A stretch of DNA of 64,000 bases from Leptolyngbyaceae cyanobacterium (GCA_965263355.1 CBDHHL010000031.1:1-64000); one strand, 5' to 3'. Shown: positions 1-10,600, counted from the first letter of the stretch. Numbers and translations: made by a program. The notes: generated by a model from the letters alone, not told the origin.

Positions 1-1059
1 CGTATTGTCGGTGTCTGTCAGCAGCGTCGGGACAACGCCAGAATTATCCATAGTGAGAACTCTAGGCTGTATCTGCAATTCAGCTTGGCGCTCTTCATAT
101 GTAATTACTGTCTGAGGCGCGCCCCCAACTGGCGTTATCGTTTTAGTTTCAGTGCTGGTCAAGGATGTGTAGCCAGGACCAGGAACAGTGCGAACGATTA
201 CGCTAGGATTTTCAACTTCTTGAGCGAGGTCTGAACCGCCCGTTACTGTTAATTCCCCCGGCGGACGTTCTTCAAGATTGACGGGTTCCCATCCGTTCTC
301 GCCAACTTCGTCTCCTCCAATGCCGATAGTTAGGCTAAAATCTGGAGCTGTTTTGAGCGTAAAGTCAGCTGGAGTGAGCCTTAATTCTTCAGCAGCATCA
401 AGCCAAACAACATATTTTTGAGCTGCCGCTATTTCCCCAATCTCACGCACTGTTGACCGTGTAGATTTTTTCTGGACGGCTGTATTGACTGAATAACCGC
501 CCGCGATCGTATCTGATGATGTTGGGATGCCTATCTGAGTCGCAATATTGCGAATTAACGTTGTGGGCGTTGTGGTTGTTCCCTGGGTAATTCCTGAATA
601 ATTATTCTCTGGGGTAAATAAGTCTAGTGATTTGCCAAGATCCCCTAAGTCAATCGTAATCTGGGCTTGGGATTCACTTGTAGGGATTTCTATCCTAGGG
701 GAAGCTTCCCTCAAGATATAAAACGGCGGCCAAAATCTTTCATAATTTGCCCCCGTCCACATGCTCAGTGTGATCCGGTTTCCCATAGCCAGCACTTCAG
801 CACCTGACGGGTTAGAGGCAGTATCGCGATTATCAAGACTAACTGTTGTGGACAATTCTGGACTTAATACAATGCTGCCTTCCCATGCCAGCCAACCGTT
901 TAGCCTGTTCCCCGATCTCAGTTCGGAAAAATCGATATCGACGCTAATTAAAGCATCAGAAATATCATGCGGGCCACTGATTACAGCCCGATTAGCGTCT
1001 AAAATCTCTAGGCTTGCTGTCCAGTCCCTATCTTGAGCGTCAATAGTAAACGAGGTCAT
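1..1059 (-). CDS. Partial tail protein (hub/baseplate-like), runs off the window start
   Basis: ATG at 1059 overlaps the stop of 1056..1547; reads MTSFTIDAQDRDWTASLEIL... and the same frame is open at base 1; lies downstream of the tape measure and distal-tail genes. Confidence 0.6.
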   Translation of the reverse strand, partial: MTSFTIDAQDRDWTASLEILDANRAVISGPHDISDALISVDIDFSELRSGNRLNGWLAWEGSIVLSPELSTTVSLDNRDTASNPSGAEVLAMGNRITLSMWTGANYERFWPPFYILREASPRIEIPTSESQAQITIDLGDLGKSLDLFTPENNYSGITQGTTTTPTTLIRNIATQIGIPTSSDTIAGGYSVNTAVQKKSTRSTVREIGEIAAAQKYVVWLDAAEELRLTPADFTLKTAPDFSLTIGIGGDEVGENGWEPVNLEERPPGELTVTGGSDLAQEVENPSVIVRTVPGPGYTSLTSTETKTITPVGGAPQTVITYEERQAELQIQPRVLTMDNSGVVPTLLTDTDNT

Positions 1060-1547
1060 GGAGCGATAACCCCCGATTCTGTAAACTGAAACTGAGCTAC
1101 ACGAACTCCATCAGCTTTCTCACTGTATTCAAACCCTCGTTGGTTTGTTGGTTCAGCTTGCCATTGGGGATAGTAGCAAATTGTATTAGCGTCAGCTGCT
1201 ACTGTGCTATTGGGTGCGATCGCTCTAGTGTTTGTCGTCCCATTTTCAGACCAATAATTTGTATAGTCATAGATGATCCATGGGCCAGGGTTGCCCCAAT
1301 AAGCAGCTTCCATTCGGATTAAAATCTCTTGCTGGTCAAGGGTTAGACAACCAACAAAATTCCAAATAGCAAATCTAGTTAAAGCCCCCGTCCTAGCAGC
1401 TGCCCCCCGTTTACTACGAACAATCCCTTTATAACGACCATCAACCCGTGGGAATTGACCAGGGTAACGGCCAAACAAAGTGATAGCTAGGCTGTAATCG
1501 GCATGATTTAGAACGATTCCCCGTTCTGTAGTGGTAGGCAGGGCCAT
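1056..1547 (-). CDS. Minor tail protein (distal-tail position)
   Basis: 163-aa ORF directly downstream of tape measure; assignment by synteny only. Confidence 0.5.
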   Translation of the reverse strand: MALPTTTERGIVLNHADYSLAITLFGRYPGQFPRVDGRYKGIVRSKRGAAARTGALTRFAIWNFVGCLTLDQQEILIRMEAAYWGNPGPWIIYDYTNYWSENGTTNTRAIAPNSTVAADANTICYYPQWQAEPTNQRGFEYSEKADGVRVAQFQFTESGVIAP

Positions 1548-4500
1548 TAGATAACTCCCTCCGCAATCTGTTGTTGCCGGGTTAGATCGGCTGTAATTTG
1601 AGCAGCATCAGCGATTGGGTCAGGAGTCGATACGGTTAAATTTTCTATGCCGGTCGGGATGTTCTCAGGCAAAGCAGCAACAGCGTCTCTAACTTCCTCT
1701 AACTTGGTTGTCAGCTGTTCTATCTGAGTATCGGCCAATAAAATTTCTTGCTGAGCTTCAGCAAATGCATTAACTCCACCAAGCCCTAAACTATCCAAAA
1801 TACTTTGAGCAAATGGATTTTGGCTATCTGAAAAATTAAAAGCTTCCTCTACGGTGAATCCGTCGCCAGAACGCGCTAACCGCTGGGCCTGATTAATTCC
1901 TGACTGCAACTGTGACGCAGTTTCACTATCAATTGCGCCTGCTCGCCTGGCTGAACGTAAATTATCTTCAAGCTGGTTCAAGTCTTCTAATGCCTGCTCA
2001 GCACCAACATCTTCTAAGCCGCTTAATGACGAAACAATCGAATCAATAGCACTCTGCCGTCGTTCTGTCTCATCGGCAATATCACTTTCTAAGTCTTTTT
2101 GCTCGTCTAGTAAATCAGTTTGGCGTTCAATTAATGATTCAATGCCCTCCAATCTCCGCTCTCTGATTGCCTCAGCTTCAGCGGTTTCAGCTAAGATGCT
2201 TTGTTCTTCTTCTTGAGCGTCTAAAATACTCAGTTGAACATCTAAATTTGCCCTAGCAGATTCAATTCCTTGCGCCCTGAGTTCAACAATCGACTGAAGC
2301 CCATTAAGTTCCTCTGTCGATATTCCCTGGCTCGAACGGGCTCTATCTACTGCAATCTGGGCTTCATCACGGGCAATCTGAGCTAACGTTATTTGTCTCT
2401 GACCATCAAGCGTTACTATTTGCCGTTGGATAGCAATCTGTTGCTGTTGAGCTTGAGTGCCTGCTCGAATTGATTGCAACTGATTAAGCAATAGCCGATC
2501 TCTGGCTTCCTCAACTGCTGCAAAGTTTTCAGTTGCCTCTGCTTGAGCCAATTGAGCACTAATTAATTGAGCCGCTGAATCAATTCTCGCAGCATCAACA
2601 TTAGCTAAAGCCTGGGATATTGATAATTGATTTTCTAAACCAGAATTATCAACCTCAAACTGCAAATTTGTTTGTTCGGATGCCAGGGCATTTAACCGCT
2701 CTCTAGCTGACAATTCCTCTTCAATCCGTTCTCTAACAGCATCAGCAGCAGCTTGTTCAGCTGCGATCTGCTGCTCAATCGCCTGCACTGACAATTCGGC
2801 AGACTCCTGTTTAGCGGTGACCAACCGTTGCTCAGCTTCCTCAGCTGTAATAATGCCATCGGCTCTTAGTTGATTGATTTGATCAATTTCATCTTGAGCG
2901 ATCTGGATTCGTTGCTGGGCAAAATCAGCTTGAATATCACGAATGGCCGAATCTGCATTACTTTCGGCTGTTGGATTTTCAGGGCCAGCTGCCAATTGAG
3001 CCTGACGAATATCATTAATCTGTTCAGCTTCTTCAGCTGCTAATCTTGCCAGGGCAGCCGATTGAGTATCCTCCAATGCCTGCAACGATTCTTCTCTAAG
3101 CTGCTCTTTTCTCCGTTCAGATGATTCAACGCCATTGGCTTCAATATCTCCCAACTGCCCAGCCAATGCTTGGGCTGCTGCCAACTGTTCCTCTCTGCTA
3201 TTTTGGCCAGCATCAGAAGATAATCTACTTCCGGCATTCACTAACGCCTGGACGCCCTCAGCACCAGCATCGGTAATTACAGCTGGCTGGACTGCCTCAG
3301 CTGTTAAAAACCCTAACTGTTCCCGCAATAATTGAACTGTATTAGTGACCCCGGTAAAGGCTAGGCCTATCGCGCCAATAGCTGGGCCTAAGGTGCCAAA
3401 CTGATTTATTAAATCGCCAACCAAGGAAAAGCGATCTAAAAATTCAGTGACCGGATTTACTAAACCGGATATTGAATCTCTAACCTGAATTGCAACCGGG
3501 ACAATCCCTTCAAGAATTAATGAAAATTGCCCAATTGCCTCAGCTGGACCGTCGCCTATCGTGTCAGAATATGCAGCTGATAGTACAGTAAACGCTTCAG
3601 CAGCAACGCCCGCAATTCTTAAGGTTCCACCCAGGACAGTTCCAAGATTTTCAATTGATTGACCAAATCTATCGAGATTTTCAGGATCACTCAATATATT
3701 AGATAGCGAATCAATCAGGCTAGCTGCCCCCGCATCAACTGAATCAAATAAGCTACGAAGGCTAGCTGATAAAACGTCGACAACTTCAGACCCGTCAACA
3801 GCCTCCAATAGCGCCTCGACTGAAGCCGCTGTGTCCCCAAAAGCATCACCGTCTTCAATGGCAGCATTAATTGACGCGGTTAATGTTCTAACGCCCGCCT
3901 CTATACCTGGTGTCAGCGCCAAACCAAGATCGGTTCCGGCAGTGGTCAGGGTTCCTTGCAGTCGATTAACCGCCGCAGCAACGCCCTGATTTAAATTGTC
4001 TGCAGCTTCACCGGATGCGCCGAAGCCCTGTTCAAGCTCATCAGTTTTTGCGATTACATCGTCTAAACCTTGCAATAACAATCCTATCTGTGAAGCACTT
4101 CTGCCACCAAAAATATCTTGTAAAGCTGTAAATCGATCTTCTTCACTTAGCGGCTCAAGTGCATCCCTAAGATCTATTAATGTATCTGTAAATGCGGTCG
4201 GACCTTGATTATCAAAGAATGAAACGTTCAGCTTATCTAATGCTTTTCTTGCTACATCAGTCCTGCCTCTTAAACCATCCAGGGCATTCCTGGTTGCAGT
4301 CGCGGCCACTTCAGGAGTGGCTGTCTCGGAGAATTTAGCAAATGTTGCCAATAATGTTGACGCGCTAACATCGGCATCGACAAACGAACCGCCCGCTTTA
4401 CCAAATGCCTGCAAAATGCCTTCAGCTGATGTAACTGCTGTTGTATTGGCAAGTAGCGTGATTTTATCGGCCAAAGCATCGGCAGACTCGTTAAAAATAT

Positions 4501-6019
4501 TTGTTCCCGCCTGAATAGCTTTAGCAGTCGCATCAATATTAGTAAAACCAGTCCCTTCTAGTGCAGCTACAACGCCTGCAACATTATCCCCAACTTCAGT
4601 GACTTCACCGCCTAATTCGACCATTCGAGTAGCGATGCGCGCCACTTCTTCAGGTGTTTTACTGGTTTCAATTCCTAATCGTCTAGACTCCTCGGTGACT
4701 GCCGCGATCGCTTCCTCAGCTCCACCCGCACGAGCGCTAAACGTAACTAATGCCTGCTCAAAGCCAACTGCATTTTGAACAGTTGAAAGCCCTGCTCTGA
4801 TGCCCCCTCCAATAGCGTTAGCTAGAGTATCAAAAACTCTTTGGCCAATCCCCTGGAAAATTCCTTGAACAATTCCGCTACTATTCCGGATGCCACTAAG
4901 ATCTAGATTGGGCGATATTGTGGGAGAACTTAATTGCCTTAGTTCCCTGTTAATTTGCCGTAATGCCTGTCTAGCGTTCCCGCCCCCTAATGCCTCTAAC
5001 CGTCTATCGAGAGTGCGAATCTGTTCAGTTGCGTTGTCGGCATCGACATTTAATCGAACTCGTTTATCGTCAAGCGTACCGAGCTGAGTCTGAATCTGCC
5101 TAATGCGTGGCTCGGCTTGGCGTGTATCAGCCTCTAGCCGAAGTCGTCGTGATTGAATTCTGCCGATCCTATCTTCTATCTGCAGAATTTGATTCTGTAA
5201 CGTGCTATCGGTTTCTAGCTTAATTCGCTCGTTGCTTAATTGCTGGATTCGCTGATCCAACAAATTAAGTGCTTGGTTACTGGTGGATGGGTTTAGCTCT
5301 AAATTTATTCGAGTATTTCTAAGCCGTTCTATCGTTTGCTCGATAGTATTTATTTCTTCAGTGCGAGCATCAATCCTTAGCTGGATATCAGAACGATTAC
5401 GCTGAAGTTCAGTAACTTGAGCGTCTAAATTCCGAATTGTTGCTTCAGCTGCTCTAGAATTTGCTCGAATCTGAATCTCTTTGTCACGCAGTTGTTGAAT
5501 TCTGGCATCAACCGCCGCAATCTGATTTTGAATATTTCGAGCATTAACTTCTAGGTTGATCCTCTCACGATTCAATCCATCAACAGCCTGTTGAACCGTT
5601 GCAAACCCACGCCTTAACTCCTGAACATTACGCTGGGCAGCATTCGTATTGACAGTTACTGGAATATTTGATTGGGCTCTTAGCTGAGTCAGTGACTGAG
5701 CGATCGCGTCAGCTTGAGCAGCACTGCGCCCAAAGTCAACACTTGCCTGAGTTCTGTTGATAGCTTCTAACTGTTGTCTAAGCTGGGTTATCTCTCTCGT
5801 AATTGAATCGTCAAGGTTAACATCCAGCCGAACATTATCAGCATTACTAAGCTGCTGTCTAATGTCGCTAATGCCACGAATAACAGTCTCATCATTCAGC
5901 CTGACATCAATAGCAAGGTCATCAACCCGGTTGAACCGTGTCCGCAAGTCAGCGATCGCAGCCGTAATACTCGACTCCGAAAATTCAACTGCGAATTCAA
6001 CCGAACCAGCTTGAACCAC
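1547..6019 (-). CDS. Tail tape measure protein
   Basis: 1490 aa, Ala/Gln-rich helical, N-terminal coiled-coil repeats, TP901-type TMP core (ESRRLGIETSKTPEEVA...AATATRNAL); follows the chaperone pair. Confidence 0.92.
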   Translation of the reverse strand: MVQAGSVEFAVEFSESSITAAIADLRTRFNRVDDLAIDVRLNDETVIRGISDIRQQLSNADNVRLDVNLDDSITREITQLRQQLEAINRTQASVDFGRSAAQADAIAQSLTQLRAQSNIPVTVNTNAAQRNVQELRRGFATVQQAVDGLNRERINLEVNARNIQNQIAAVDARIQQLRDKEIQIRANSRAAEATIRNLDAQVTELQRNRSDIQLRIDARTEEINTIEQTIERLRNTRINLELNPSTSNQALNLLDQRIQQLSNERIKLETDSTLQNQILQIEDRIGRIQSRRLRLEADTRQAEPRIRQIQTQLGTLDDKRVRLNVDADNATEQIRTLDRRLEALGGGNARQALRQINRELRQLSSPTISPNLDLSGIRNSSGIVQGIFQGIGQRVFDTLANAIGGGIRAGLSTVQNAVGFEQALVTFSARAGGAEEAIAAVTEESRRLGIETSKTPEEVARIATRMVELGGEVTEVGDNVAGVVAALEGTGFTNIDATAKAIQAGTNIFNESADALADKITLLANTTAVTSAEGILQAFGKAGGSFVDADVSASTLLATFAKFSETATPEVAATATRNALDGLRGRTDVARKALDKLNVSFFDNQGPTAFTDTLIDLRDALEPLSEEDRFTALQDIFGGRSASQIGLLLQGLDDVIAKTDELEQGFGASGEAADNLNQGVAAAVNRLQGTLTTAGTDLGLALTPGIEAGVRTLTASINAAIEDGDAFGDTAASVEALLEAVDGSEVVDVLSASLRSLFDSVDAGAASLIDSLSNILSDPENLDRFGQSIENLGTVLGGTLRIAGVAAEAFTVLSAAYSDTIGDGPAEAIGQFSLILEGIVPVAIQVRDSISGLVNPVTEFLDRFSLVGDLINQFGTLGPAIGAIGLAFTGVTNTVQLLREQLGFLTAEAVQPAVITDAGAEGVQALVNAGSRLSSDAGQNSREEQLAAAQALAGQLGDIEANGVESSERRKEQLREESLQALEDTQSAALARLAAEEAEQINDIRQAQLAAGPENPTAESNADSAIRDIQADFAQQRIQIAQDEIDQINQLRADGIITAEEAEQRLVTAKQESAELSVQAIEQQIAAEQAAADAVRERIEEELSARERLNALASEQTNLQFEVDNSGLENQLSISQALANVDAARIDSAAQLISAQLAQAEATENFAAVEEARDRLLLNQLQSIRAGTQAQQQQIAIQRQIVTLDGQRQITLAQIARDEAQIAVDRARSSQGISTEELNGLQSIVELRAQGIESARANLDVQLSILDAQEEEQSILAETAEAEAIRERRLEGIESLIERQTDLLDEQKDLESDIADETERRQSAIDSIVSSLSGLEDVGAEQALEDLNQLEDNLRSARRAGAIDSETASQLQSGINQAQRLARSGDGFTVEEAFNFSDSQNPFAQSILDSLGLGGVNAFAEAQQEILLADTQIEQLTTKLEEVRDAVAALPENIPTGIENLTVSTPDPIADAAQITADLTRQQQIAEGVI

Positions 6020-6441
6020 TATTCAACTTTTCCTGCTAATAACGTCATATCGCGTTCAGACATAATCGCCCTCGCCCAATCTGGCACTCGGTTTTTCTTC
6101 AGCAACTTCACATAGATTTTTGCGGCCTCAGGGGGGATAGTCTTAGCAAGCTCATTCCTGCGCTGGGTTAATCCCCAACGATTAAAATCAGTCGCGCTGG
6201 CGTCTTCAGCGTTCTTGAAATTCGCCCGTGCGATCAATGCCGCAACCTCACTAGTCGCGGTGGCTTCCTCAGCTAGCTCGGCTATGCGGTCATCGCGCCA
6301 GACTCTGGCGGCATCCAAGGCGAGTTTTGACGGACAGTTTCTAAACTGGGTAGGTCTGAAATATTCGCAGCCTGGATACCAGCGCTGTAGTTGCCAGCAG
6401 AGTTTTCCCCAGTCGATTGGCTCTGATTTTCGTCGTTTCCC
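6019..6441 (-). CDS. Tail assembly chaperone, frameshifted (gpT-like) part
   Basis: Frame of ORF 6019..6318 stays open upstream (GKRRKSEPIDWGKLCWQLQRWYP...) to the slippery GGGAAAC at 6441..6435. Confidence 0.7.
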   Translation of the reverse strand, partial: GKRRKSEPIDWGKLCWQLQRWYPGCEYFRPTQFRNCPSKLALDAARVWRDDRIAELAEEATATSEVAALIARANFKNAEDASATDFNRWGLTQRRNELAKTIPPEAAKIYVKLLKKNRVPDWARAIMSERDMTLLAGKVE

Positions 6442-6794
6442 AACTCAGTTTCAGGATCGTAAATATACTCAGTTGGATTTACTCGCTTCCCTGGCAAGCC
6501 ATAGATAAATAAACTAAACAAAGCTTCAGCCAATGGCCTGGGAGTATTTGCAATAATCTTTTCAGTAGGGACATCATCGCCAAGTACGCCACGATGTTTA
6601 AGGCAAAACGCAACTAACAGGTCCATCAATCGCTTATCGCTAATCTCTTCGTTGTCCCTAAGACTCTGAAAATACTCTTCTTCAGCTACTAATAAGGACG
6701 GATAAACCGGAACAGTAACCGGGGCCATCCCAGGCACTCGAACCACGCGATCTACTGATTTAATTTCCCATAAGGTCTGAGTCACAACGAACAA
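6282..6794 (-). CDS. Tail assembly chaperone (gpG-like)
   Basis: Between major tail and tape measure genes; contains in-frame G GGA AAC slippery heptamer. Confidence 0.7.
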   Translation of the reverse strand: MFVVTQTLWEIKSVDRVVRVPGMAPVTVPVYPSLLVAEEEYFQSLRDNEEISDKRLMDLLVAFCLKHRGVLGDDVPTEKIIANTPRPLAEALFSLFIYGLPGKRVNPTEYIYDPETELGNDENQSQSTGENSAGNYSAGIQAANISDLPSLETVRQNSPWMPPESGAMTA

Positions 6795-7017
6795 CCTCCA
6801 AGTCTAAGTATGTATAAATTGCTTCTAGGTCACTCGGCATTACAACAACAATTTCAGTATTGTTCTGCCGATACGGTTCGACCAGTAACGCCTCTTGCCC
6901 TGCGAAACCAGCACACATTTTAGGTTTAGTAAAGCTAAGTAATGCCCTTAGCCTTGACCCCTCAACTGTGCAGCCAAGCATGAAAATATGCTGGTTTTGC
7001 AAGGCTTCAATCTTCAC
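6760..7017 (-). CDS. Hypothetical protein in tail operon
   Basis: 85-aa ORF tightly packed between neighbouring tail genes. Confidence 0.5.
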   Translation of the reverse strand: MKIEALQNQHIFMLGCTVEGSRLRALLSFTKPKMCAGFAGQEALLVEPYRQNNTEIVVVMPSDLEAIYTYLDLEVVRCDSDLMGN

Positions 7018-7727
7018 TAAGCAGCAGCCTCAAGTTCGGTCACAGCGCCAGAGAACGTGCCATTAAGAGACAGTGCCAACTTGTTTCCGTTCTGACCGTC
7101 CTTAGAACCATCCGACATTCGAGCAACACCAAACGATAACGGTGGGGTAGTAAACGTGACGGCATCAGGGTTCGGGTCTTGAACTTCAAGGTAAACGTCG
7201 TTCTCAGCATTCACGGCATAGCGTAAAATCCGTTGCCCGCTGGAATACTCAGATAAGTTAGCCGCGATCGTGAAAGTTCTAGTCGTATCCTGACGTGAAG
7301 ATTCACCAGAACCAATGTGCTGATATGTCGAAACATTATTCAGCGTGGTCTGGACCCCCAGGTTATGAGAAGTGATTAGATCGACTTCACCGGGCCAGTT
7401 GGCAACTGCCCCGTTGGGGATATCTTCATTGGCAGTCAGTTCAATATTGCTCCCATCGTTGCTATCAGCCGTGACAATGGCCATATAAGATCCAGCTGCA
7501 TCGACAAACCGCAATACTGTCCCCGCGATAATCGGCACTGTAGGAGCAGCGCTCGCAGTCATCGTTGATGCAGTTCCGGTAGTTGTGGCCGTGAACGCAG
7601 CACCCAGGGTCAGGGTGATCGGGACAACCCGACCGGGCACGCTTGTATTATTTGTTACTAAAGCTGCAAAGATTTTTGTCTCCCGTGAGTCGGGCATTAA
7701 TAGCGGATTATTACCAGCACCTGGCAT
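7017..7727 (-). CDS. Major tail (tube) protein
   Basis: 236 aa, beta-rich, Thr/Ala-rich, canonical position upstream of chaperones and TMP. Confidence 0.65.
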   Translation of the reverse strand: MPGAGNNPLLMPDSRETKIFAALVTNNTSVPGRVVPITLTLGAAFTATTTGTASTMTASAAPTVPIIAGTVLRFVDAAGSYMAIVTADSNDGSNIELTANEDIPNGAVANWPGEVDLITSHNLGVQTTLNNVSTYQHIGSGESSRQDTTRTFTIAANLSEYSSGQRILRYAVNAENDVYLEVQDPNPDAVTFTTPPLSFGVARMSDGSKDGQNGNKLALSLNGTFSGAVTELEAAA

Positions 7728-7732
7728 AGTGA

Positions 7733-8176
7733 TTAACTCCTGATTTGATGGACAATTCGAAAACTTTCAGACTCAATCGTGTCGAGTCTTGAATCCCTTG
7801 GCGTCTTAACCGACACTCCAGCCTGAAACAGATAGCCCATGCCACTAATCAACGCAGCAGCAGCAGCCGCTACCGTGCCCGCTTCGTCCCACTGTTTTAG
7901 CGTGATAGTCGTCGTATATTCCAAGCCAAGCTGTTGAGAATAAAACTGTGTAAGCGTCGCTTGCTGCTGAGGCGTAATAACAACCTCCAAGCCTTCTAAA
8001 CTCTTAGGCTGTCTCTGCCATTGAATGCCGCCAACGTCTTGAGTTTTCCCATAGTCCAACACCAACGACGGCAACGTTTGAGTGCCTGTAGCCGTGACAT
8101 ACGTTCGAGTGCCCAGATAGGGAGTCATTAGGGTCTGAACTTGGTCTCTAATTTGAGCAATGCTAATAACGGGCAT
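7733..8176 (-). CDS. Tail terminator/completion protein (putative)
   Basis: 147 aa immediately upstream of major tail gene; synteny. Confidence 0.5.
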   Translation of the reverse strand: MPVISIAQIRDQVQTLMTPYLGTRTYVTATGTQTLPSLVLDYGKTQDVGGIQWQRQPKSLEGLEVVITPQQQATLTQFYSQQLGLEYTTTITLKQWDEAGTVAAAAAALISGMGYLFQAGVSVKTPRDSRLDTIESESFRIVHQIRS

Positions 8177-8568
8177 CAGAATATCTCCCGTAATTGCTGG
8201 GCCAGGACAGCAGCCAAGTCATATTGTTCTACTGTCTGTAATACTGGATTACGAGCGGGATACGTTGAGCCGCTACGAGTCGTGAACCCGTTAAATACAA
8301 ATACTGAATGTTGAGCAGTCCATTCAAATAAAATAGTCAATTGGGAAGGGAAACTATATTGCTGCGAGTCCCTAAATTCTCCCAAGTCCACAATATTTCT
8401 AGGGCTAAAAACTTCCTCACCAGACTTCCGCTTAGTGAACCCTGGCCATGGATATAACGGTTGCTCAATCGATTCAGTTAGCAACCTATCCATATCTACA
8501 GCAAAACCTCGTAGCCCCCTATCAAGGCCACGATTAAACGCTGTTCTGTCAAAGTTTAATATTGCCAT
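8176..8568 (-). CDS. Neck/tail-completion protein (HK97 gp10-like)
   Basis: PRNIVDLGEFRDS resembles the P-vD-tG-Lr-S motif of gp10-like proteins; synteny. Confidence 0.6.
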   Translation of the reverse strand: MAILNFDRTAFNRGLDRGLRGFAVDMDRLLTESIEQPLYPWPGFTKRKSGEEVFSPRNIVDLGEFRDSQQYSFPSQLTILFEWTAQHSVFVFNGFTTRSGSTYPARNPVLQTVEQYDLAAVLAQQLREIF

Positions 8569-8632
8569 AACTGCAGCCTACAGTCATTTTTGGCAATATG
8601 TTAAAATTTCCAAGATACTTGGAAAACGTTAC

Positions 8633-8965
8633 ATGCCTGGAGAAATAAGAGCTGGCGGTTTATCTGAAGAAACTTTGAAGCGGTTTTCAGAGTTAAAAGA
8701 TTACTTAGGGGCCAATACTCAGGCTGGCACGATGGAAGTGTTGGTTAATATCTTGCATCTTCATTTATTAGGCAGCAGTCGTGTAGCGTTGTTTAGAAAA
8801 GCTGCCAAGTTAGTCAGTGCCAATGAGCAATTAAGCCGGGAATTGCAGCCTAGTGAAGTACAACGGGTTTCTATTCAAAAAGGCTTAGTCCTTGTTTGGG
8901 CTTGGCATCAAGGCGAGCCGTATAAAATTAGTGAGCAAGTTTGGGAGCAAGGAATCAATGATTGA
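8633..8965 (+). CDS. Hypothetical protein (possible N-terminal RHH-like DNA-binding region)
   Basis: Likely start MPGEIRAGGLSEETLKRFSELKDYLG within ORF 8435..8965. Confidence 0.4.
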   Translation: MPGEIRAGGLSEETLKRFSELKDYLGANTQAGTMEVLVNILHLHLLGSSRVALFRKAAKLVSANEQLSRELQPSEVQRVSIQKGLVLVWAWHQGEPYKISEQVWEQGIND

Positions 8966-9368
8966 ATTAAGTAACTTAAAAATTAGCACATTAAAAATCC
9001 CATTGAATATCTGTGCAGGTCCAGACACAGTAGTTGATGGGAAAAATGTTGATTTTTATATTAATGGGGTTAGATTACCTTTCTTGACCGCATGGAGTTT
9101 TTATTCGGTGTATCAAATGTACCGATGTGTAACCGCACTATTCCATGGGGGTGTTGATGACTGTGAGCTGGACACCGACCCAACCATTTTACTGCCGAGC
9201 TATGAGATTCGGCTGGCTTTTGACTATGGTCCTTCTGGAGTGATGAGGGAGCTTGGGCGATGCGAGGGAGATCATTTAGTGATGACCTTTGACTATGTAA
9301 TCTTTTCTAGCCAATTTGATAGCACCCCATTGCGTGAACTAGGCCAAAAAATTTGTATGCTTAGCTAG
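8958..9368 (+). CDS. Hypothetical protein
   Basis: Likely start MIELSNLK overlapping the upstream stop; part of ORF 8892..9368. Confidence 0.4.
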   Translation: MIELSNLKISTLKIPLNICAGPDTVVDGKNVDFYINGVRLPFLTAWSFYSVYQMYRCVTALFHGGVDDCELDTDPTILLPSYEIRLAFDYGPSGVMRELGRCEGDHLVMTFDYVIFSSQFDSTPLRELGQKICMLS

Positions 9369-9765
9369 CTGTCCATCTTGCAATAAACCGTTCGCCAATG
9401 TCAGAGGCCGCATCAGCGATCGCGAACGGTTGAATAAGCACTTCAACTTTGCCGCTAGTCCCGTTTAATTCCATCGTCCCAGTCGGTGGTTCAGGCCAGC
9501 CTCTAAGGTTATTAGGGAATAAATACTCAGTTGGTGCTGCTTCGGTACCACACCAACCAAGCAACATCACACTATTATTATTAGTTCCTTCAAACGCGCT
9601 AGTGTTGAACTGGCTTGCTCTATTTTGAGTCGCGACTTTTACCCGACATGGCACCGTGACAGCGGTTAGGCCATCAGCGGATCCACCCTCAAAATCATCA
9701 GTTATAACAGTGGGTAGTTGAAAAATAATAGAAGTTGGGTATAGACCGAGGTTAGTGATTGCCAT
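9361..9765 (-). CDS. Head-closure/head-tail joining protein (putative)
   Basis: 134 aa beta-rich (AVTVPCRVKV), typical size, upstream of neck/tail genes. Confidence 0.45.
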   Translation of the reverse strand: MAITNLGLYPTSIIFQLPTVITDDFEGGSADGLTAVTVPCRVKVATQNRASQFNTSAFEGTNNNSVMLLGWCGTEAAPTEYLFPNNLRGWPEPPTGTMELNGTSGKVEVLIQPFAIADAASDIGERFIARWTAS

Positions 9766-10310
9766 TATCGATTTTTAGCCAAAATATCAACCCCCCCAAA
9801 CATGCCAGACTTAGCCACAGTTTGGCCAGCTTGCGTTTTCAAAACTAACACCGATGTGCAATCGCAAGTTTTATCAGAAACATTTTTAAGATTCAGAATC
9901 ATTTCTGACAACTGCAAGTCACTTTGGGCAAACAATGCAGCAGTGCCGGTAATCGAAACCACTGGGCGCACTGTATCTACTCGAATATCTTTGATAACAA
10001 GACCATTCGGATCGACAACTCCAACTATATCCTTAAATGACTTGATTTCAGCTGCGTCAAACCCTTTCTTGTCTTGATTAGCAGCTTCAACTACAGCATC
10101 TATCTCTGCTTGATATTTTTCAGGATTCGCCTGACGCTCTAACCAAGCCTGATGGATTTTTTCTCGTCTAGCGTCTGCCTGGACTTTTTGTGTGACTACG
10201 GTGCCCACAGTTAAGCCAATGGCACCGACTGTGCAAGCGATCGCGATTAAAGCATTCTTATTCATTGCCTTTATCCCCTTAAAAATTAACTGAGAGTATG
10301 ATTTTTCCAT
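9765..10310 (-). CDS. Hypothetical membrane-anchored/secreted protein
   Basis: Hydrophobic N-terminal segment MNKNALIAIACTVGAIGLTVG. Confidence 0.5.
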   Translation of the reverse strand: MEKSYSQLIFKGIKAMNKNALIAIACTVGAIGLTVGTVVTQKVQADARREKIHQAWLERQANPEKYQAEIDAVVEAANQDKKGFDAAEIKSFKDIVGVVDPNGLVIKDIRVDTVRPVVSITGTAALFAQSDLQLSEMILNLKNVSDKTCDCTSVLVLKTQAGQTVAKSGMFGGVDILAKNR

Positions 10311-10600
10311 TCTTCTAGTTTGGCCAAAGTATCTTTAATTAATTCCAGTTTTTGGTCTTGTTTTTGATTGTAACTTTGCAAAATAATTGCCCTGACAAAT
10401 GAGTTAGACAAGTGATTGTCAATATCTATGTTTACCGCTGCTTTAGCATCGTCTATAGACATTCCGCAAAGCATTAAATCTAAAGCAATCTCAGTTTTGC
10501 TTAAACCAAATTCTTGAATGAAATCATCAGCCTCACCAGAAGTGCATCCAACCACTGTGATTAACTTTTGTTTAACGTACACCACCTTCCACCTCACCAA
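10286..10600 (-). CDS. Hypothetical protein
   Basis: 104-aa ORF overlapping both neighbours. Confidence 0.45.
   Translation of the reverse strand: MVRWKVVYVKQKLITVVGCTSGEADDFIQEFGLSKTEIALDLMLCGMSIDDAKAAVNIDIDNHLSNSFVRAIILQSYNQKQDQKLELIKDTLAKLEEWKNHTLS

Noticed and set aside
3040..6014. Many short ORFs antisense to or overlapping the tape measure gene (and similar ones across other long genes)
   Set aside because: Shadow ORFs of long coding regions without RBS or recognisable motifs.
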